Notes: generated by a model from the letters alone, not told the origin. 42,516 bases of DNA from a virus (IMGVR_UViG_3300020349_000356:1-42516); one strand, 5' to 3'; shown: positions 8,659 through 18,492, counted from the stretch's first letter. Numbers and translations: made by a program.

Positions 8659-10369
8659 AATTGTGGACATTGAAACTGATGATATTAATGCAACTGTAAT
8701 ACATTGTATTGCGGTTGGTGACTTAGAAGGGAAGGTAAATTTATATGCAGATCACCCTAATTATTTACCAATTGAGGATGGTGTTAAAGAGTTGGAAGAT
8801 GCGGATCGTGTCGTTATGCACAACGGACTCAACTTCGACTACCCAATTATCGCTCGACTTACGAATGCCAAAATCAAAAGAGAGAAAGTTTTTGACACGC
8901 TTATTCTGTCGAGGTTCATCGACCCGAGACAAAGGAAACACTCGTTAGCAGAGTGGGGAGAACGTTTAGGTTTTCCTAAAGGTGACTTTAAAGATTTTGA
9001 AAAGTTCACTGATGAGATGGCAACGTATTGTATTAGAGACGTTGAGGTCACAACAAAACTTTATAAACATTTAATGGAAAAGTTTGAACCCGAAATGGCA
9101 CAGGCTCTACGAACAGAGTTTGATTTTGCTTATGTCTTGGGTATTCAAGAAAGACACGGCTTTCGTTTAAATGTGAAAGCTGCACAGGATCTTGCCGCAG
9201 AAATGCGACAGGAGATGTCGGACATAGAAGATCAGTTACAATCTATTTTCCTTCCCCGTGTAATTGAACGATATTCCGATAAAACGGGTAACAGGCTGAA
9301 GGACAAAATTGAAGTCTTTAATCCTGGTTCCCGTAAACAAATCGGGGAGCGTCTTACGGAAAAGTATGGTTGGAAGCCCACCAAGTATACTCCGCAGGGC
9401 GCTCCTCAGATTGACGAAAAAGTTTTAAACGAATTAAATTATCCCGAAGCTAAACTTCTAGGTAGATATTTTCTTTGTCAAAAACAATTATCACAAATTA
9501 GTGAAGGTGACGCAGGATGGCTTAAGCGTGTAACTGATGATGGATATGTTCACGGTAAAGTAAATACAATCGGAACGAACACATTTCGATGTTCACATTT
9601 CTCACCCAATATGGCGCAGATTAGTAAAAGAGATTTACGAATGCGTGAAGTTTGGTTGCCCGATGAAGGCGACAAACTTGTGGGTGTAGATGCCGACGCC
9701 TTGGAACTTAGGATGTTGGCTGCAATGCTTGGACACTTCGATGATGGTGCATATGCCAAGGCTTTACTTGAAGGTAGTAAAGAAGACGGCACAGATGTTC
9801 ATAGTCGAACAGGAAAGATTGTTGGCGTAGAAAACAGAGACGTCGTAAAGCGTCTCACGTACGCTTATTTGTACGGCGCATCCGATAGAAAACTTTCACA
9901 GATATTACGTGAAGGTAAAGCACCACTCTCTGACGGTAAGATTATCCGTTATAGAATGAATCAAGGTATTACAGGTTTAGGTACTCTTGCTGATATTTTA
10001 AAAAGTAAATATGAGCGTGGCTACTTAATAGGGGTTGATGGTGGACGACGCATCCCGATTGTTTCAGAACACTCGATGTTAAATTTCCTCCTACAATCGA
10101 TGGGCGCCATCGTTATGAAAAAGGCTTTGTGTCTATTTCATTATGAATTGGCTCCCGCAGCGGGACACGTTGTAGACGATCAACCCCAAACGTTTAATTA
10201 TTGTGCCAACGTACACGACGAGGTTCAACTTACCGTTCGACCTCAACACGCCAAAGAGATAGGACAATTGTTTGCTGATGCAATTAAACTTGCAGGTGAG
10301 CGTTTAGAATTGAAGTGTCCGCTTTCGGGATCGTATGACGTTGGTAATAATTGGAAGGAGACACACTAA
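8648..10369 (+). CDS. Family A DNA polymerase (T7 gp5-like)
   Basis: Exonuclease motifs DIETD, HNGLNFD, YCIRDV; motif A DADALELR; motif B KRLTYAYLYG; motif C VHDE. Confidence 0.97.
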   Translation: MITKIVDIETDDINATVIHCIAVGDLEGKVNLYADHPNYLPIEDGVKELEDADRVVMHNGLNFDYPIIARLTNAKIKREKVFDTLILSRFIDPRQRKHSLAEWGERLGFPKGDFKDFEKFTDEMATYCIRDVEVTTKLYKHLMEKFEPEMAQALRTEFDFAYVLGIQERHGFRLNVKAAQDLAAEMRQEMSDIEDQLQSIFLPRVIERYSDKTGNRLKDKIEVFNPGSRKQIGERLTEKYGWKPTKYTPQGAPQIDEKVLNELNYPEAKLLGRYFLCQKQLSQISEGDAGWLKRVTDDGYVHGKVNTIGTNTFRCSHFSPNMAQISKRDLRMREVWLPDEGDKLVGVDADALELRMLAAMLGHFDDGAYAKALLEGSKEDGTDVHSRTGKIVGVENRDVVKRLTYAYLYGASDRKLSQILREGKAPLSDGKIIRYRMNQGITGLGTLADILKSKYERGYLIGVDGGRRIPIVSEHSMLNFLLQSMGAIVMKKALCLFHYELAPAAGHVVDDQPQTFNYCANVHDEVQLTVRPQHAKEIGQLFADAIKLAGERLELKCPLSGSYDVGNNWKETH

Positions 10370-10578
10370 TGTTCGAAGCAATAATTATTGTTTGTAATAT
10401 TATGTTTCAAAATTGTGTTCAGCTTAACGACACCTTTGGGCCATACCCAACAAAGCAAGATTGTTTTGATAGGTTGGTTGTTATGGAACAAGGTGTATTA
10501 GAAGCCTTTCCCGAAACACCACTAAGATATCAGAAACATTGTATTCAAATAACCGATGGAAAGGAACTAATCATATGA
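10369..10578 (+). CDS. Hypothetical Cys-containing protein (69 aa)
   Basis: TAATG coupling with polymerase, AAGGAG RBS; four Cys. Confidence 0.65.
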   Translation: MFEAIIIVCNIMFQNCVQLNDTFGPYPTKQDCFDRLVVMEQGVLEAFPETPLRYQKHCIQITDGKELII

Positions 10579-11519
10579 CTATCGCTTTAGTAGATGGAGA
10601 CATCATTGCATTTAAATCTGCGGTTGCAGTTGTTGATAACAACGACGAACTTGCACCTCTTGTTCCCGAGAATGCAGAAAAATATGCAGACGTGATGATT
10701 GAAGAATGGACTCGGAAAATTAAACCACGTAAAATTATTATGTGCTTTAGTGATCCTAGTCGTCATTACTTTCGGCACGATATCTATCCCGAGTATAAAG
10801 CAAATCGTAAAACGGTCGAGCGTCCTAAACTTTTAAAACATACGTATGATTATCTTAAAGATAAATATGATGCGATATGGCGTGAAGGTTTAGAAGCCGA
10901 CGATCTGTTAGGCATCTTAGGTACTGATCCTAATGTGCCCGACCCTGTCGTTGTTTCGATTGATAAAGATATGTTGACCTTACCCGTGAAATTTTTTAAT
11001 CCCGACAAGTTTAATCGGGCAGTTAGAATTAATAGAAATATTGCTGATTTAAATATGTTCAAACAGGCAATGATTGGTGACTCTTCGGATAACTTTAAAG
11101 GTATTCCAGGTATTGGCACTAAGAAAGCTAACGCAATAATTGAATCAGATATTAGAAACCCTTGGGGTGTAACGCTCCAAGCATTTAAAGACAATCACCT
11201 GTCAGAAGAATACGCCATTCAGATGGTACAACTTGCAAGAATTCTTAGGTATGGCGATTACAAAGTAGATACAAGAGAGGTAAAACTATGGCACCCAAAC
11301 GAAGACAAATGGATGAAGCTATCAACCCCGACCACTACAAGTATGGAGGCATTGAAGCAATCGACTACATCCAACAAGTCTGCCGAGGACTCAAAGGAGA
11401 CGAAGCAGTCTGCGTCGCAAACGCAATCAAATACATCAGTCGATACCAAAGGAAAAACAAAACGAAAGAAGACCAAATCAAAGACGTCAACAAAGCGATC
11501 TGGTATTGTCAAAGATTAA
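10575..11519 (+). CDS. 5'-3' exonuclease (T7 gp6-like) with low-complexity C-terminal extension
   Basis: LVDGD, YKANR, EADD, SIDKD, GDSSDNFKGIPGIG; start chosen from AAGGA RBS. Confidence 0.92.
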   Translation: MTIALVDGDIIAFKSAVAVVDNNDELAPLVPENAEKYADVMIEEWTRKIKPRKIIMCFSDPSRHYFRHDIYPEYKANRKTVERPKLLKHTYDYLKDKYDAIWREGLEADDLLGILGTDPNVPDPVVVSIDKDMLTLPVKFFNPDKFNRAVRINRNIADLNMFKQAMIGDSSDNFKGIPGIGTKKANAIIESDIRNPWGVTLQAFKDNHLSEEYAIQMVQLARILRYGDYKVDTREVKLWHPNEDKWMKLSTPTTTSMEALKQSTTSNKSAEDSKETKQSASQTQSNTSVDTKGKTKRKKTKSKTSTKRSGIVKD

Positions 11520-11569
11520 TAACAACAATAGAGAAAGGGGAATCCAATGTCAGAAAAACAATCACGTGA
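11309..11569 (+). CDS. DUF3310 / SaV-like protein (related to T7 gp1.7 nucleotide kinase)
   Basis: INPDHYKYGGIEAIDYI, ANAIKYISR, DVNKAIWY. Confidence 0.85.
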   Translation: MDEAINPDHYKYGGIEAIDYIQQVCRGLKGDEAVCVANAIKYISRYQRKNKTKEDQIKDVNKAIWYCQRLITTIEKGESNVRKTIT

Positions 11570-11960
11570 ATCTAACATAATTGATTTCAATAAAGCTGCG
11601 GGGCACAGTGTTAACAATTGTCTCAACGTTATGGACTTACGTCAAAGTCTTACATTGATTAAAGAGGAATATTTAGAACTACAAGAGGTAGCACTTGAGT
11701 GTCTACATTGTTTGTCAAATAGTCGATCTCTTACAAAAGAACAAAAGGTTCATCTTATAAAAGAATTAGGAGATTTACAATACGTTGTATCTAGAATGGC
11801 AGTCGTGTTTGGTATTAATCTTCAAGAAGTTTTTGAGAGAATTCATAAATCAAATATGTCTAAAGTAGAAAACGGCGTTACTAAAGATCCTGTTAGCGGT
11901 AAAATTTTAAAAGGCCCAAATTATGTTCACCCTAACTTAGAGGATCTGATTAATGACTAG
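11547..11960 (+). CDS. MazG-like NTP pyrophosphohydrolase
   Basis: LIKEEYLEL, KELGDLQYV, RIHKSNMSK, GKILKGPNY. Confidence 0.88.
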   Translation: MSEKQSRESNIIDFNKAAGHSVNNCLNVMDLRQSLTLIKEEYLELQEVALECLHCLSNSRSLTKEQKVHLIKELGDLQYVVSRMAVVFGINLQEVFERIHKSNMSKVENGVTKDPVSGKILKGPNYVHPNLEDLIND

Positions 11961-13941
11961 CACTAGAGCACAGGTAATTACACGTCGTACATATAATAGA
12001 CCACTTGAGAATGAGACATTTGAGACGTGGGAGCAAACTGTTGATAGAGTTATTACTCATCAAGAGTGGCTTTGGGAAAGAGCACAAAAAAATAAACTTA
12101 ATAAAAAACAAAAAGCAGAATTAGAAAAACTAAAAGACATAATGATGAAACGCCAAGGAGTTATGGCGGGACGTACGCTATGGCTTGGTGGAACTGAGGT
12201 TGCTAAACAAAGAGAGATTAGTCAGTTCAACTGTTCGTTTACTGAGGTTGCATCTGTCAGTGATATTGTTGATGTGATTTGGTTATTGTTGAATGGTTGT
12301 GGTGTAGGATTTAAACCACGTACAGGAAACCTTTCGGGTTTCTTAAAGCCTGTTCGCAACATTAGAGTCACCCGCAGCGAAAGAACTAAAAAGGGTGGCG
12401 TTGAGAAAAACGTTGAAACGTACGAACCAGGTAACATTGATCCAAAAGATTTGCACAACTCGGGCGGGACTTGGACAATTAAAGTTGGTGATTCAGCCGA
12501 AGCGTGGGCAAAAGCCGTTGGTAAATTATTGGCAGGTAAATATCCTTGTCACGAATTACATTTAGATTTTTCAGAAATTAGACCCGCAGGTGAAAGACTT
12601 GCAGGTTATGGTTGGATCAGCGCAGGTGATGAAGCAATCTGTAAAGCGTTTGTTGCTATTGCAAACCTACTGTCTTTACGAGCAGGACAACTACTTACGG
12701 TGATTGATATATTAGATATCGTCAATTGGCTTGGCACAATTTTATCAAGCCGTAGATCAGCCGAGATTGCTTTGGTTGAATATGGTGATCCCGAATGGAA
12801 AGACTTTGCTCTTGCCAAGAAAAACTTTTGGGAACACGAACCACAAAGAGCACAATCAAATAATTCATTGTTGTTTTATAGCCGACCATCAAGACAACAA
12901 CTGCAAGAAATTTTTGATTTGATGCTAGACGCAGGTGGATCAGAGCCTGGATTTATAAACGGAAGTGCGGCCAAAGCTAGAGCGCCGTGGTTCTCGGGAG
13001 TTAATCCGTGCGCTGAGATATTGTTGTCTTCGAAGTCTGTATGTAACCTAGTCGAAATAGATGTTGCTAAGTTTGGAAGTGATATTGAATCACTACACGA
13101 AGCGGCAAAGATTATGGCACGGGCAAACTATAGACAAACTTGTGTTAATTTTAACGACGGTGTTCTGCAAACGCAGTGGCATCAAAACAATGAATTCTTA
13201 CGTCTATGTGGTGTAGGTCTGACAGGTATAGTTAAAAGTAAACTATCCCCTTATGACTACAAGACTCTAAAAAATATTGTGGTTCAAGCGGCCTTTAGTA
13301 TGGCAGATGAACTACATTTACCTAGACCAAAGAATACCACTACGATTAAACCTAGTGGAACAGTAAGTAAAATTATGGACACGACTGAAGGATGTCACAA
13401 ACCTTTAGGTCGTTACATATTTAACAATGTTAACTTTTCAAAATATGATCCCGTACTTAAACACTTAAAAAGTGCAGGGTATCGTATCTTTGAAAACCCA
13501 CTCGACAAAGACGCTATGTTAGTAACATTTCCTGTTGAATATAATGATGTTCAATTTGATGTTGTTGACGGTAAGTATGTAAATCTTGAGTCGGCAATTG
13601 ACCAACTAGAAAGATACAAAGTCTTGATGTCAAACTACGTTGAACAAAACTGTTCAATAACAATAAGTTACTCGCCCGATGAGGTTGGTGATATTATTGA
13701 TTGGCTGATAAGAAATTGGGATACCTATGTTGGGGTGTCATTTATACTACGTAATGACCCTACAAAAACTGCCCAAGATTTAGGTTATCTTTATCTCCCA
13801 CAAGAGGTGGTTACACAGGAAAAATATGAGGAATATGTCTCTCAAATAGAGGACGTAAACCTTGATGAAACTGTGGGAACCGCTGATTTTGATGACTTAT
13901 CGGACGACGAATGTGCAACAGGCGCCTGTCCTGTGAGATAA
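11953..13941 (+). CDS. nrdJ: Class II (adenosylcobalamin-dependent) ribonucleotide reductase, monomeric type
   Basis: GRTLW, FNCSF, RRSAEI, NPCAEI, CNLVE, TTIKPSGTVS, C-terminal CATGACPVR; no nrdB nearby. Confidence 0.92.
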   Translation: MTSTRAQVITRRTYNRPLENETFETWEQTVDRVITHQEWLWERAQKNKLNKKQKAELEKLKDIMMKRQGVMAGRTLWLGGTEVAKQREISQFNCSFTEVASVSDIVDVIWLLLNGCGVGFKPRTGNLSGFLKPVRNIRVTRSERTKKGGVEKNVETYEPGNIDPKDLHNSGGTWTIKVGDSAEAWAKAVGKLLAGKYPCHELHLDFSEIRPAGERLAGYGWISAGDEAICKAFVAIANLLSLRAGQLLTVIDILDIVNWLGTILSSRRSAEIALVEYGDPEWKDFALAKKNFWEHEPQRAQSNNSLLFYSRPSRQQLQEIFDLMLDAGGSEPGFINGSAAKARAPWFSGVNPCAEILLSSKSVCNLVEIDVAKFGSDIESLHEAAKIMARANYRQTCVNFNDGVLQTQWHQNNEFLRLCGVGLTGIVKSKLSPYDYKTLKNIVVQAAFSMADELHLPRPKNTTTIKPSGTVSKIMDTTEGCHKPLGRYIFNNVNFSKYDPVLKHLKSAGYRIFENPLDKDAMLVTFPVEYNDVQFDVVDGKYVNLESAIDQLERYKVLMSNYVEQNCSITISYSPDEVGDIIDWLIRNWDTYVGVSFILRNDPTKTAQDLGYLYLPQEVVTQEKYEEYVSQIEDVNLDETVGTADFDDLSDDECATGACPVR

Positions 13942-13947
13942 ACCATC

Positions 13948-13973
13948 AAATAAAGGGGGGTTCTGCCCAATGG
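13948..13973 (+). promoter_or_regulatory. Candidate phage promoter P3 (start of late region)
   Basis: GGTTCTGCCCAAT shares TTCTGCCCAAT with P4/P5; lies at the replication-virion boundary. Confidence 0.4.
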
Positions 13974-14182
13974 CAATCAAACAAATAACAATAGACGAAG
14001 AGTCTTTTCCTGTTAAATCAACAGATTTAATAGAAATGTTGGATAAGACTTATCCTGCTAGATGTATCAAGAAGGGTGAGTCTGAAATCGAAGCTCATAG
14101 ATATGCAGCAAGACGTGAACTCATAGATGAACTCCTAGTCGCTAAACAAGAATACGAGGAAGGTACAAATGAAGATACGTAA
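13970..14182 (+). CDS. Hypothetical protein (70 aa)
   Basis: Purine-rich RBS; first gene of the virion block. Confidence 0.75.
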   Translation: MAIKQITIDEESFPVKSTDLIEMLDKTYPARCIKKGESEIEAHRYAARRELIDELLVAKQEYEEGTNEDT

Positions 14183-14624
14183 AATGATAGAAGAGGACGT
14201 GCCTACGATTATTGGCTATGGTTCTAAAATGCATCAAGAAAGTTATTTCAAAAATTTCAATTTTGATGAAAAGAAACTATATCAATTGTGGGTTCTTATA
14301 GATACTAATCCTAACTATTGTGCGTTAGTAGCTGAGAAATCTGACGGTGAACTTGTAGGGTTCTTTGTTGGGTGTATAACTGAACATTGGTTTGGTAACG
14401 ATAAGGTTTCATCTGACCTTGCACTATATGTCGATCCCGAGTTTAGAGGAACTTCAGCAGCCATAAGGCTTATGAAGGGATATCAAACGTGGGCAGAGAT
14501 GGCAGGTGCAGCTGAAATTCATATTGGTACTTCAACCGATATTAACACTAACCAAAACTTATCACTATTTCAGAAGATGGGATATGAGATAGGTGGAACA
14601 TTTTTAAGAAAAAGGAGCAAGTAA
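14169..14624 (+). CDS. GNAT-family acetyltransferase
   Basis: LYVDPEFRGT acetyl-CoA motif A; LFQKMGY motif B. Confidence 0.85.
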   Translation: MKIRKMIEEDVPTIIGYGSKMHQESYFKNFNFDEKKLYQLWVLIDTNPNYCALVAEKSDGELVGFFVGCITEHWFGNDKVSSDLALYVDPEFRGTSAAIRLMKGYQTWAEMAGAAEIHIGTSTDINTNQNLSLFQKMGYEIGGTFLRKRSK

Positions 14625-14625
14625 G

Positions 14626-14850
14626 ATGTGTTTTTCATCACCTAAACCACCGCCTCCACCTCCACCTCCTCCACCACCGCCTCCTGCACCTACGCCACCT
14701 GCGCCAAGTGCATCAAATTTGCCAGATTCACAGGCATACACAGAGGCGCTAAAGAAGGGGAAAAAGAAGGGGATGCGTAAAAATCTTCAAATCGAACTTG
14801 GATCGGGCGGCGGATCGTCGGTCGGTACAGGAGTCAACACTAATCAGTAA
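14626..14850 (+). CDS. Proline-rich small virion protein (T7 gp7.3 position)
   Basis: MCF start, 13-Pro run, basic patch, immediately before portal. Confidence 0.7.
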   Translation: MCFSSPKPPPPPPPPPPPPPAPTPPAPSASNLPDSQAYTEALKKGKKKGMRKNLQIELGSGGGSSVGTGVNTNQ

Positions 14851-14861
14851 AGGGGTTCAAT

Positions 14862-16418
14862 ATGGCAGAGACTGCACGTTCTCGTTATGAGACAATGAAA
14901 CGAAAACGTGACCCCTATTTGACTAGGGCACGGGCTTGTGCGGAATTAACTATCCCCGCACTTATGCCACCCGAAGGTCATAACGAGTTTGCAACTCTGC
15001 CCGAGCCTTATCAAGGATTGGGAGCGAGAGCGACCGTTAGTTTGGCGTCACGATTAATGATTGCAATGTATCCACCTGGTAAATCTAGTTTTAAATTAGA
15101 TGTACCGCCAGAGATGAAGATGCAATCGGGAAGTATGTCACTTGATAGCGAAGTAGAACAAGGGCTAGTACTTTCAGAAAAACTAATAGGACAAGAAATA
15201 GAACGATCTCAATGGAGACGATCTACTAATCTTTGTCTACAATATCTGTTAGTTACAGGTAATTGTCTTGAGGTAATGCAACCCGACAATACCATAAGAA
15301 TTTTTAGGCTAGATCAATATTGTGTCAGTCGAGATATGCAGGGCATAGTTAAAGAAATTATTACGGAAGAATATTTATCTCCCGAACAACTTCCCGACAA
15401 TGCTAAGAAATTTGTATCGGCTGATGACTTTAGTCAAAATCGTATACCACTATATACACACATTAAAATTAAACCAAAAGGTGTTGGTTTTGATGTCTAT
15501 CAAGAAATTAATAATAAAGTAATACCCGACTCTAGAGGTGAGTACGAGGTGATTCCATACAACGCACTTAGATATACTGCCGTTGTAGGTGAGGATTACG
15601 GACGAGGTAAAATAGAAGAACACTTGCCCGACTTTAGATGTTTAGATGCATTGTCTAAATCTCTAATTGATGGTGCATCTATGGCATCTCGAAACGTAAC
15701 AATGATCCGACCTAACGCAGCAGGTGGTTTAAACCTGCGTAGAAAAATTGCTAAAGCAGATAATGGTGACATTGTTGTAGGAAATCCCGAAGATATTACT
15801 ATGCTTCAATTCCAAAACAATAACGGAATGCAGTTGTGCGCTGCCGAGATGGAAAGACAATCACGTGAAGTTTCACAGGCGTTCCTAATGGGCGCAGCAA
15901 CAGTGCGTGATTCAGAGCGTACAACTGCTTTCGAAGTAAGACGTATGACTGAAGAACTTGAAGCTACACTTGGTGGAGTTTACTCACAATTAAATCAAGA
16001 TATGCAACAAGCACGTCTAACAAGATTAATTTTACAGATGAAACGAAATGGTCAGCTACCCGATTGGCCCGACGATTTAGTTGAGCCTGTAATATTAAGT
16101 GGGATGGAAGCGTTAGGAAGAGAACAAGCGGTTAATAAAGTACAAGTTGCTTTACAATTCCTACAAGGAATGCCACAGGATATTCTTCCTTATATTAAAT
16201 TTGATGCATTGCTATCTAAAGCATTTCACGGTTTGGACTTGCCCGACGCAGTGAGAAGTCAAGCAGAAGTCCAAGAGATGCAACAAGCACAAATGCAACA
16301 ACAGATGGCTCAAGCAGGGGGTCAAGCCGCTGCACAGGCCGCAGGACAAATGGGCGCTGAAGCCGTAATGCAAGAAGCTATGGCACAACAACAACAACCA
16401 ATGACACCACAGGAGTAA
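14862..16418 (+). CDS. Head-tail connector / portal protein (T7 gp8-like)
   Basis: GEDYGRG, RDSERTTAFEVR, LGGVYS, EALGR. Confidence 0.95.
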   Translation: MAETARSRYETMKRKRDPYLTRARACAELTIPALMPPEGHNEFATLPEPYQGLGARATVSLASRLMIAMYPPGKSSFKLDVPPEMKMQSGSMSLDSEVEQGLVLSEKLIGQEIERSQWRRSTNLCLQYLLVTGNCLEVMQPDNTIRIFRLDQYCVSRDMQGIVKEIITEEYLSPEQLPDNAKKFVSADDFSQNRIPLYTHIKIKPKGVGFDVYQEINNKVIPDSRGEYEVIPYNALRYTAVVGEDYGRGKIEEHLPDFRCLDALSKSLIDGASMASRNVTMIRPNAAGGLNLRRKIAKADNGDIVVGNPEDITMLQFQNNNGMQLCAAEMERQSREVSQAFLMGAATVRDSERTTAFEVRRMTEELEATLGGVYSQLNQDMQQARLTRLILQMKRNGQLPDWPDDLVEPVILSGMEALGREQAVNKVQVALQFLQGMPQDILPYIKFDALLSKAFHGLDLPDAVRSQAEVQEMQQAQMQQQMAQAGGQAAAQAAGQMGAEAVMQEAMAQQQQPMTPQE

Positions 16419-16424
16419 CATTAT

Positions 16425-17261
16425 ATGTCTGATGAACAGAATGTATCCACTGAAGAGACTAAAGAAGTCACACCAGGTTCAGATGAATACAACCAAGAAA
16501 TGGCTGATAAATTTCAGCAACAACAGAATACACCCGCAGACTCTGAAGTAGACGAAGTACCCATTCCACCAATGCCCGAGAATGGATATGAAAAATTCTA
16601 TAATAAGGAGAATGGCGAATATGATTGGCAAAACCACGCTAAAGAATTGCAATATCGTTTGGAACAAACAAATCAACCAAATGCTAAAACAGAAGAACAA
16701 AATTCTGAGGTGCAACAGAATGGCGAGGAGCAAACCGAACAACAAGCCGTCAATTCGATTATTGACCGTGCAGGATTAGAGTCAAATAATCTTCGACAAC
16801 AACTCGAAGACAATGGAGACTTTGATGCGGACACATATAAAAAATTAAATGAGGTCGGAGTTACAAACGATCTGATTAAAAGTTACGTAGACAATCTAGC
16901 TTATCGTAGAGAAAAAACTGTAGGTGATGCTTTAGATTATGTAGGCGGTGAAGACGCTTGGCGTAATATGAATCAGTGGGCAGTTGATAATTTAAATAGA
17001 GATGAGATATCTAAATTTAATGAACTACTAGCAAGTGACCAATGGAAAATTGGTGTAGATGCTATGAAGGTACGAATGGGATCTAACACGTTTGAGCCTC
17101 ATATTACGACAGGAAATCAACTACCTGGAACAACGTATGGATACCGAAGTAAATCTGAAATGAAAACAGATATGTCTAATCCTAAATATAAATCTGACCC
17201 TGTATTTCGAAGAGAAGTTATGGCGAAAATACAATCAGCAACGTGGGACGCAGAACAATAA
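16425..17261 (+). CDS. Capsid scaffolding protein (T7 gp9-like)
   Basis: Acidic; VGGEDAW..M.QWA; MSNPKYKSDPVFRREV; lies between portal and capsid. Confidence 0.9.
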   Translation: MSDEQNVSTEETKEVTPGSDEYNQEMADKFQQQQNTPADSEVDEVPIPPMPENGYEKFYNKENGEYDWQNHAKELQYRLEQTNQPNAKTEEQNSEVQQNGEEQTEQQAVNSIIDRAGLESNNLRQQLEDNGDFDADTYKKLNEVGVTNDLIKSYVDNLAYRREKTVGDALDYVGGEDAWRNMNQWAVDNLNRDEISKFNELLASDQWKIGVDAMKVRMGSNTFEPHITTGNQLPGTTYGYRSKSEMKTDMSNPKYKSDPVFRREVMAKIQSATWDAEQ

Positions 17262-17275
17262 TAATAAACAAAACG

Positions 17276-17306
17276 CAGGGTGGCAAAAGTCACCCTGTTT
17301 TTTTTT
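17276..17306 (+). terminator. Intrinsic terminator after scaffold gene
   Basis: CAGGGTGGC-AAAA-GTCACCCTG followed by T9. Confidence 0.85.
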
Positions 17307-17309
17307 GCT

Positions 17310-17337
17310 TTTTAAGAAAGGCTTCTGCCCAATAGGG
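17310..17337 (+). promoter_or_regulatory. Candidate phage promoter P4 (capsid, phi10 equivalent)
   Basis: TTTTAAGAAAGGCTTCTGCCCAATAGGG between terminator and capsid gene; 22/24 to P5. Confidence 0.65.
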
Positions 17338-17460
17338 TATTTAAAGGTTTTTAACGACAAAGTAAGATAGACCCGATACGTCGGACAATCTATATAGAAA
17401 AGGCGCTAAGACCCATCTTTAAATCTAGTAAAACAACATAAACAAAGAAGGAGTGTAATT

Positions 17461-18453
17461 ATGGCTTTTGGCGATAATTCAAGTCCAGTTCGTTTTGGTA
17501 AAGGTGCGTCGAATCCAGTAGATAATCGTTCATTGTATTTGGACGTATTTGGTGGTGAAGTCTTGACTGCTTTTGACAATGCGACAGTGACTTTAGACAA
17601 GCATACTGTTAAGTCTCTTAGCGGTGGTGCTAAATCATACCGTTTCCCTAAAACTTGGAAGGCAAGTGCTGAATATCACACGCCTGGTCAAGAGATGCTT
17701 GGAAACGATTTTGATACTTCGGAACTCACTATTAACGTAGATGATATCCTAGTATCACATTACGCAATAGCAGACCTAGATCGTATTCTATCTCACTTTG
17801 ATATGAGGTCGATCATTTCTAATGAAATGGGAAGGGCTTTGGCTAAAGTGTTCGATCAGAACGTTTTCAGACAAATCATTCTCGCTTCAAGAACTGCTGC
17901 AACTAGTCCATTCCCAGGCGGTAACAACGTTACTGACGCTTCACTTGCGGCGACCGCAGGTGTATATAGTGGAATTGATTGGATTGATGCAATTAGGGAA
18001 GCTAATACTAAGTTGTTCAACCAAGATGTGCCGGAAAATATGCAAAGGTATCTTGCCGTTAAGACTGAAGTCTTTGATGCAATTAAATATGCAAAAGACT
18101 CTAACGGTCAGTACTTAGTGCTTAACCGAGACTTCGGTCACGGTGGTGCAGGTGGCATCGACCAAAGAGCAGAAACAATGAACATCGATGGAGTAATAAT
18201 CGTTAAATCGAAAAATATTCCAGAAACCGATGAATCATCTGCTACAGGAGTTTTCTCTAAATATAGAGGTGACTATTCAAATACGGTTGGTGTTATGTGG
18301 TGTCCACAATCAGTTGCAACTGTAAAACTTCTTGATATCTCAATGGAAACCGAAAGGGATGTGAGACGTCTTGAGGACTTTATGGTCAGCAAAATGTTTG
18401 TTGGTCACGGTACAATGAGACCAGAGATGGCGGTTGAATTTAAAACTGCTTAA
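17461..18453 (+). CDS. Major capsid protein (T7 gp10-like)
   Basis: LYLDVFGGEVLTAF, KSYRFP, EMGRALAKVFD, GHGTMRPE. Confidence 0.97.
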   Translation: MAFGDNSSPVRFGKGASNPVDNRSLYLDVFGGEVLTAFDNATVTLDKHTVKSLSGGAKSYRFPKTWKASAEYHTPGQEMLGNDFDTSELTINVDDILVSHYAIADLDRILSHFDMRSIISNEMGRALAKVFDQNVFRQIILASRTAATSPFPGGNNVTDASLAATAGVYSGIDWIDAIREANTKLFNQDVPENMQRYLAVKTEVFDAIKYAKDSNGQYLVLNRDFGHGGAGGIDQRAETMNIDGVIIVKSKNIPETDESSATGVFSKYRGDYSNTVGVMWCPQSVATVKLLDISMETERDVRRLEDFMVSKMFVGHGTMRPEMAVEFKTA

Positions 18454-18461
18454 TACACAAT

Positions 18462-18492
18462 GGGTGGCGCTTCGGTGCCACCCTATTTTTTT
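18462..18492 (+). terminator. T-phi-like terminator after capsid gene
   Basis: GGGTGGCGC-TTCG-GTGCCACCC then TATTTTTTT; cUUCGg tetraloop. Confidence 0.9.

Noticed and set aside
9009-9016. Other CTGATGA words (also about 8676, 9534, 15421, 16429, 26519)
   Set aside because: All lie inside genes, with no GAAA/stem architecture seen
18435-18492. T7 10A/10B-type capsid frameshift extension
   Set aside because: A terminator follows within 10 nt of the stop and there is no room for an extension ORF
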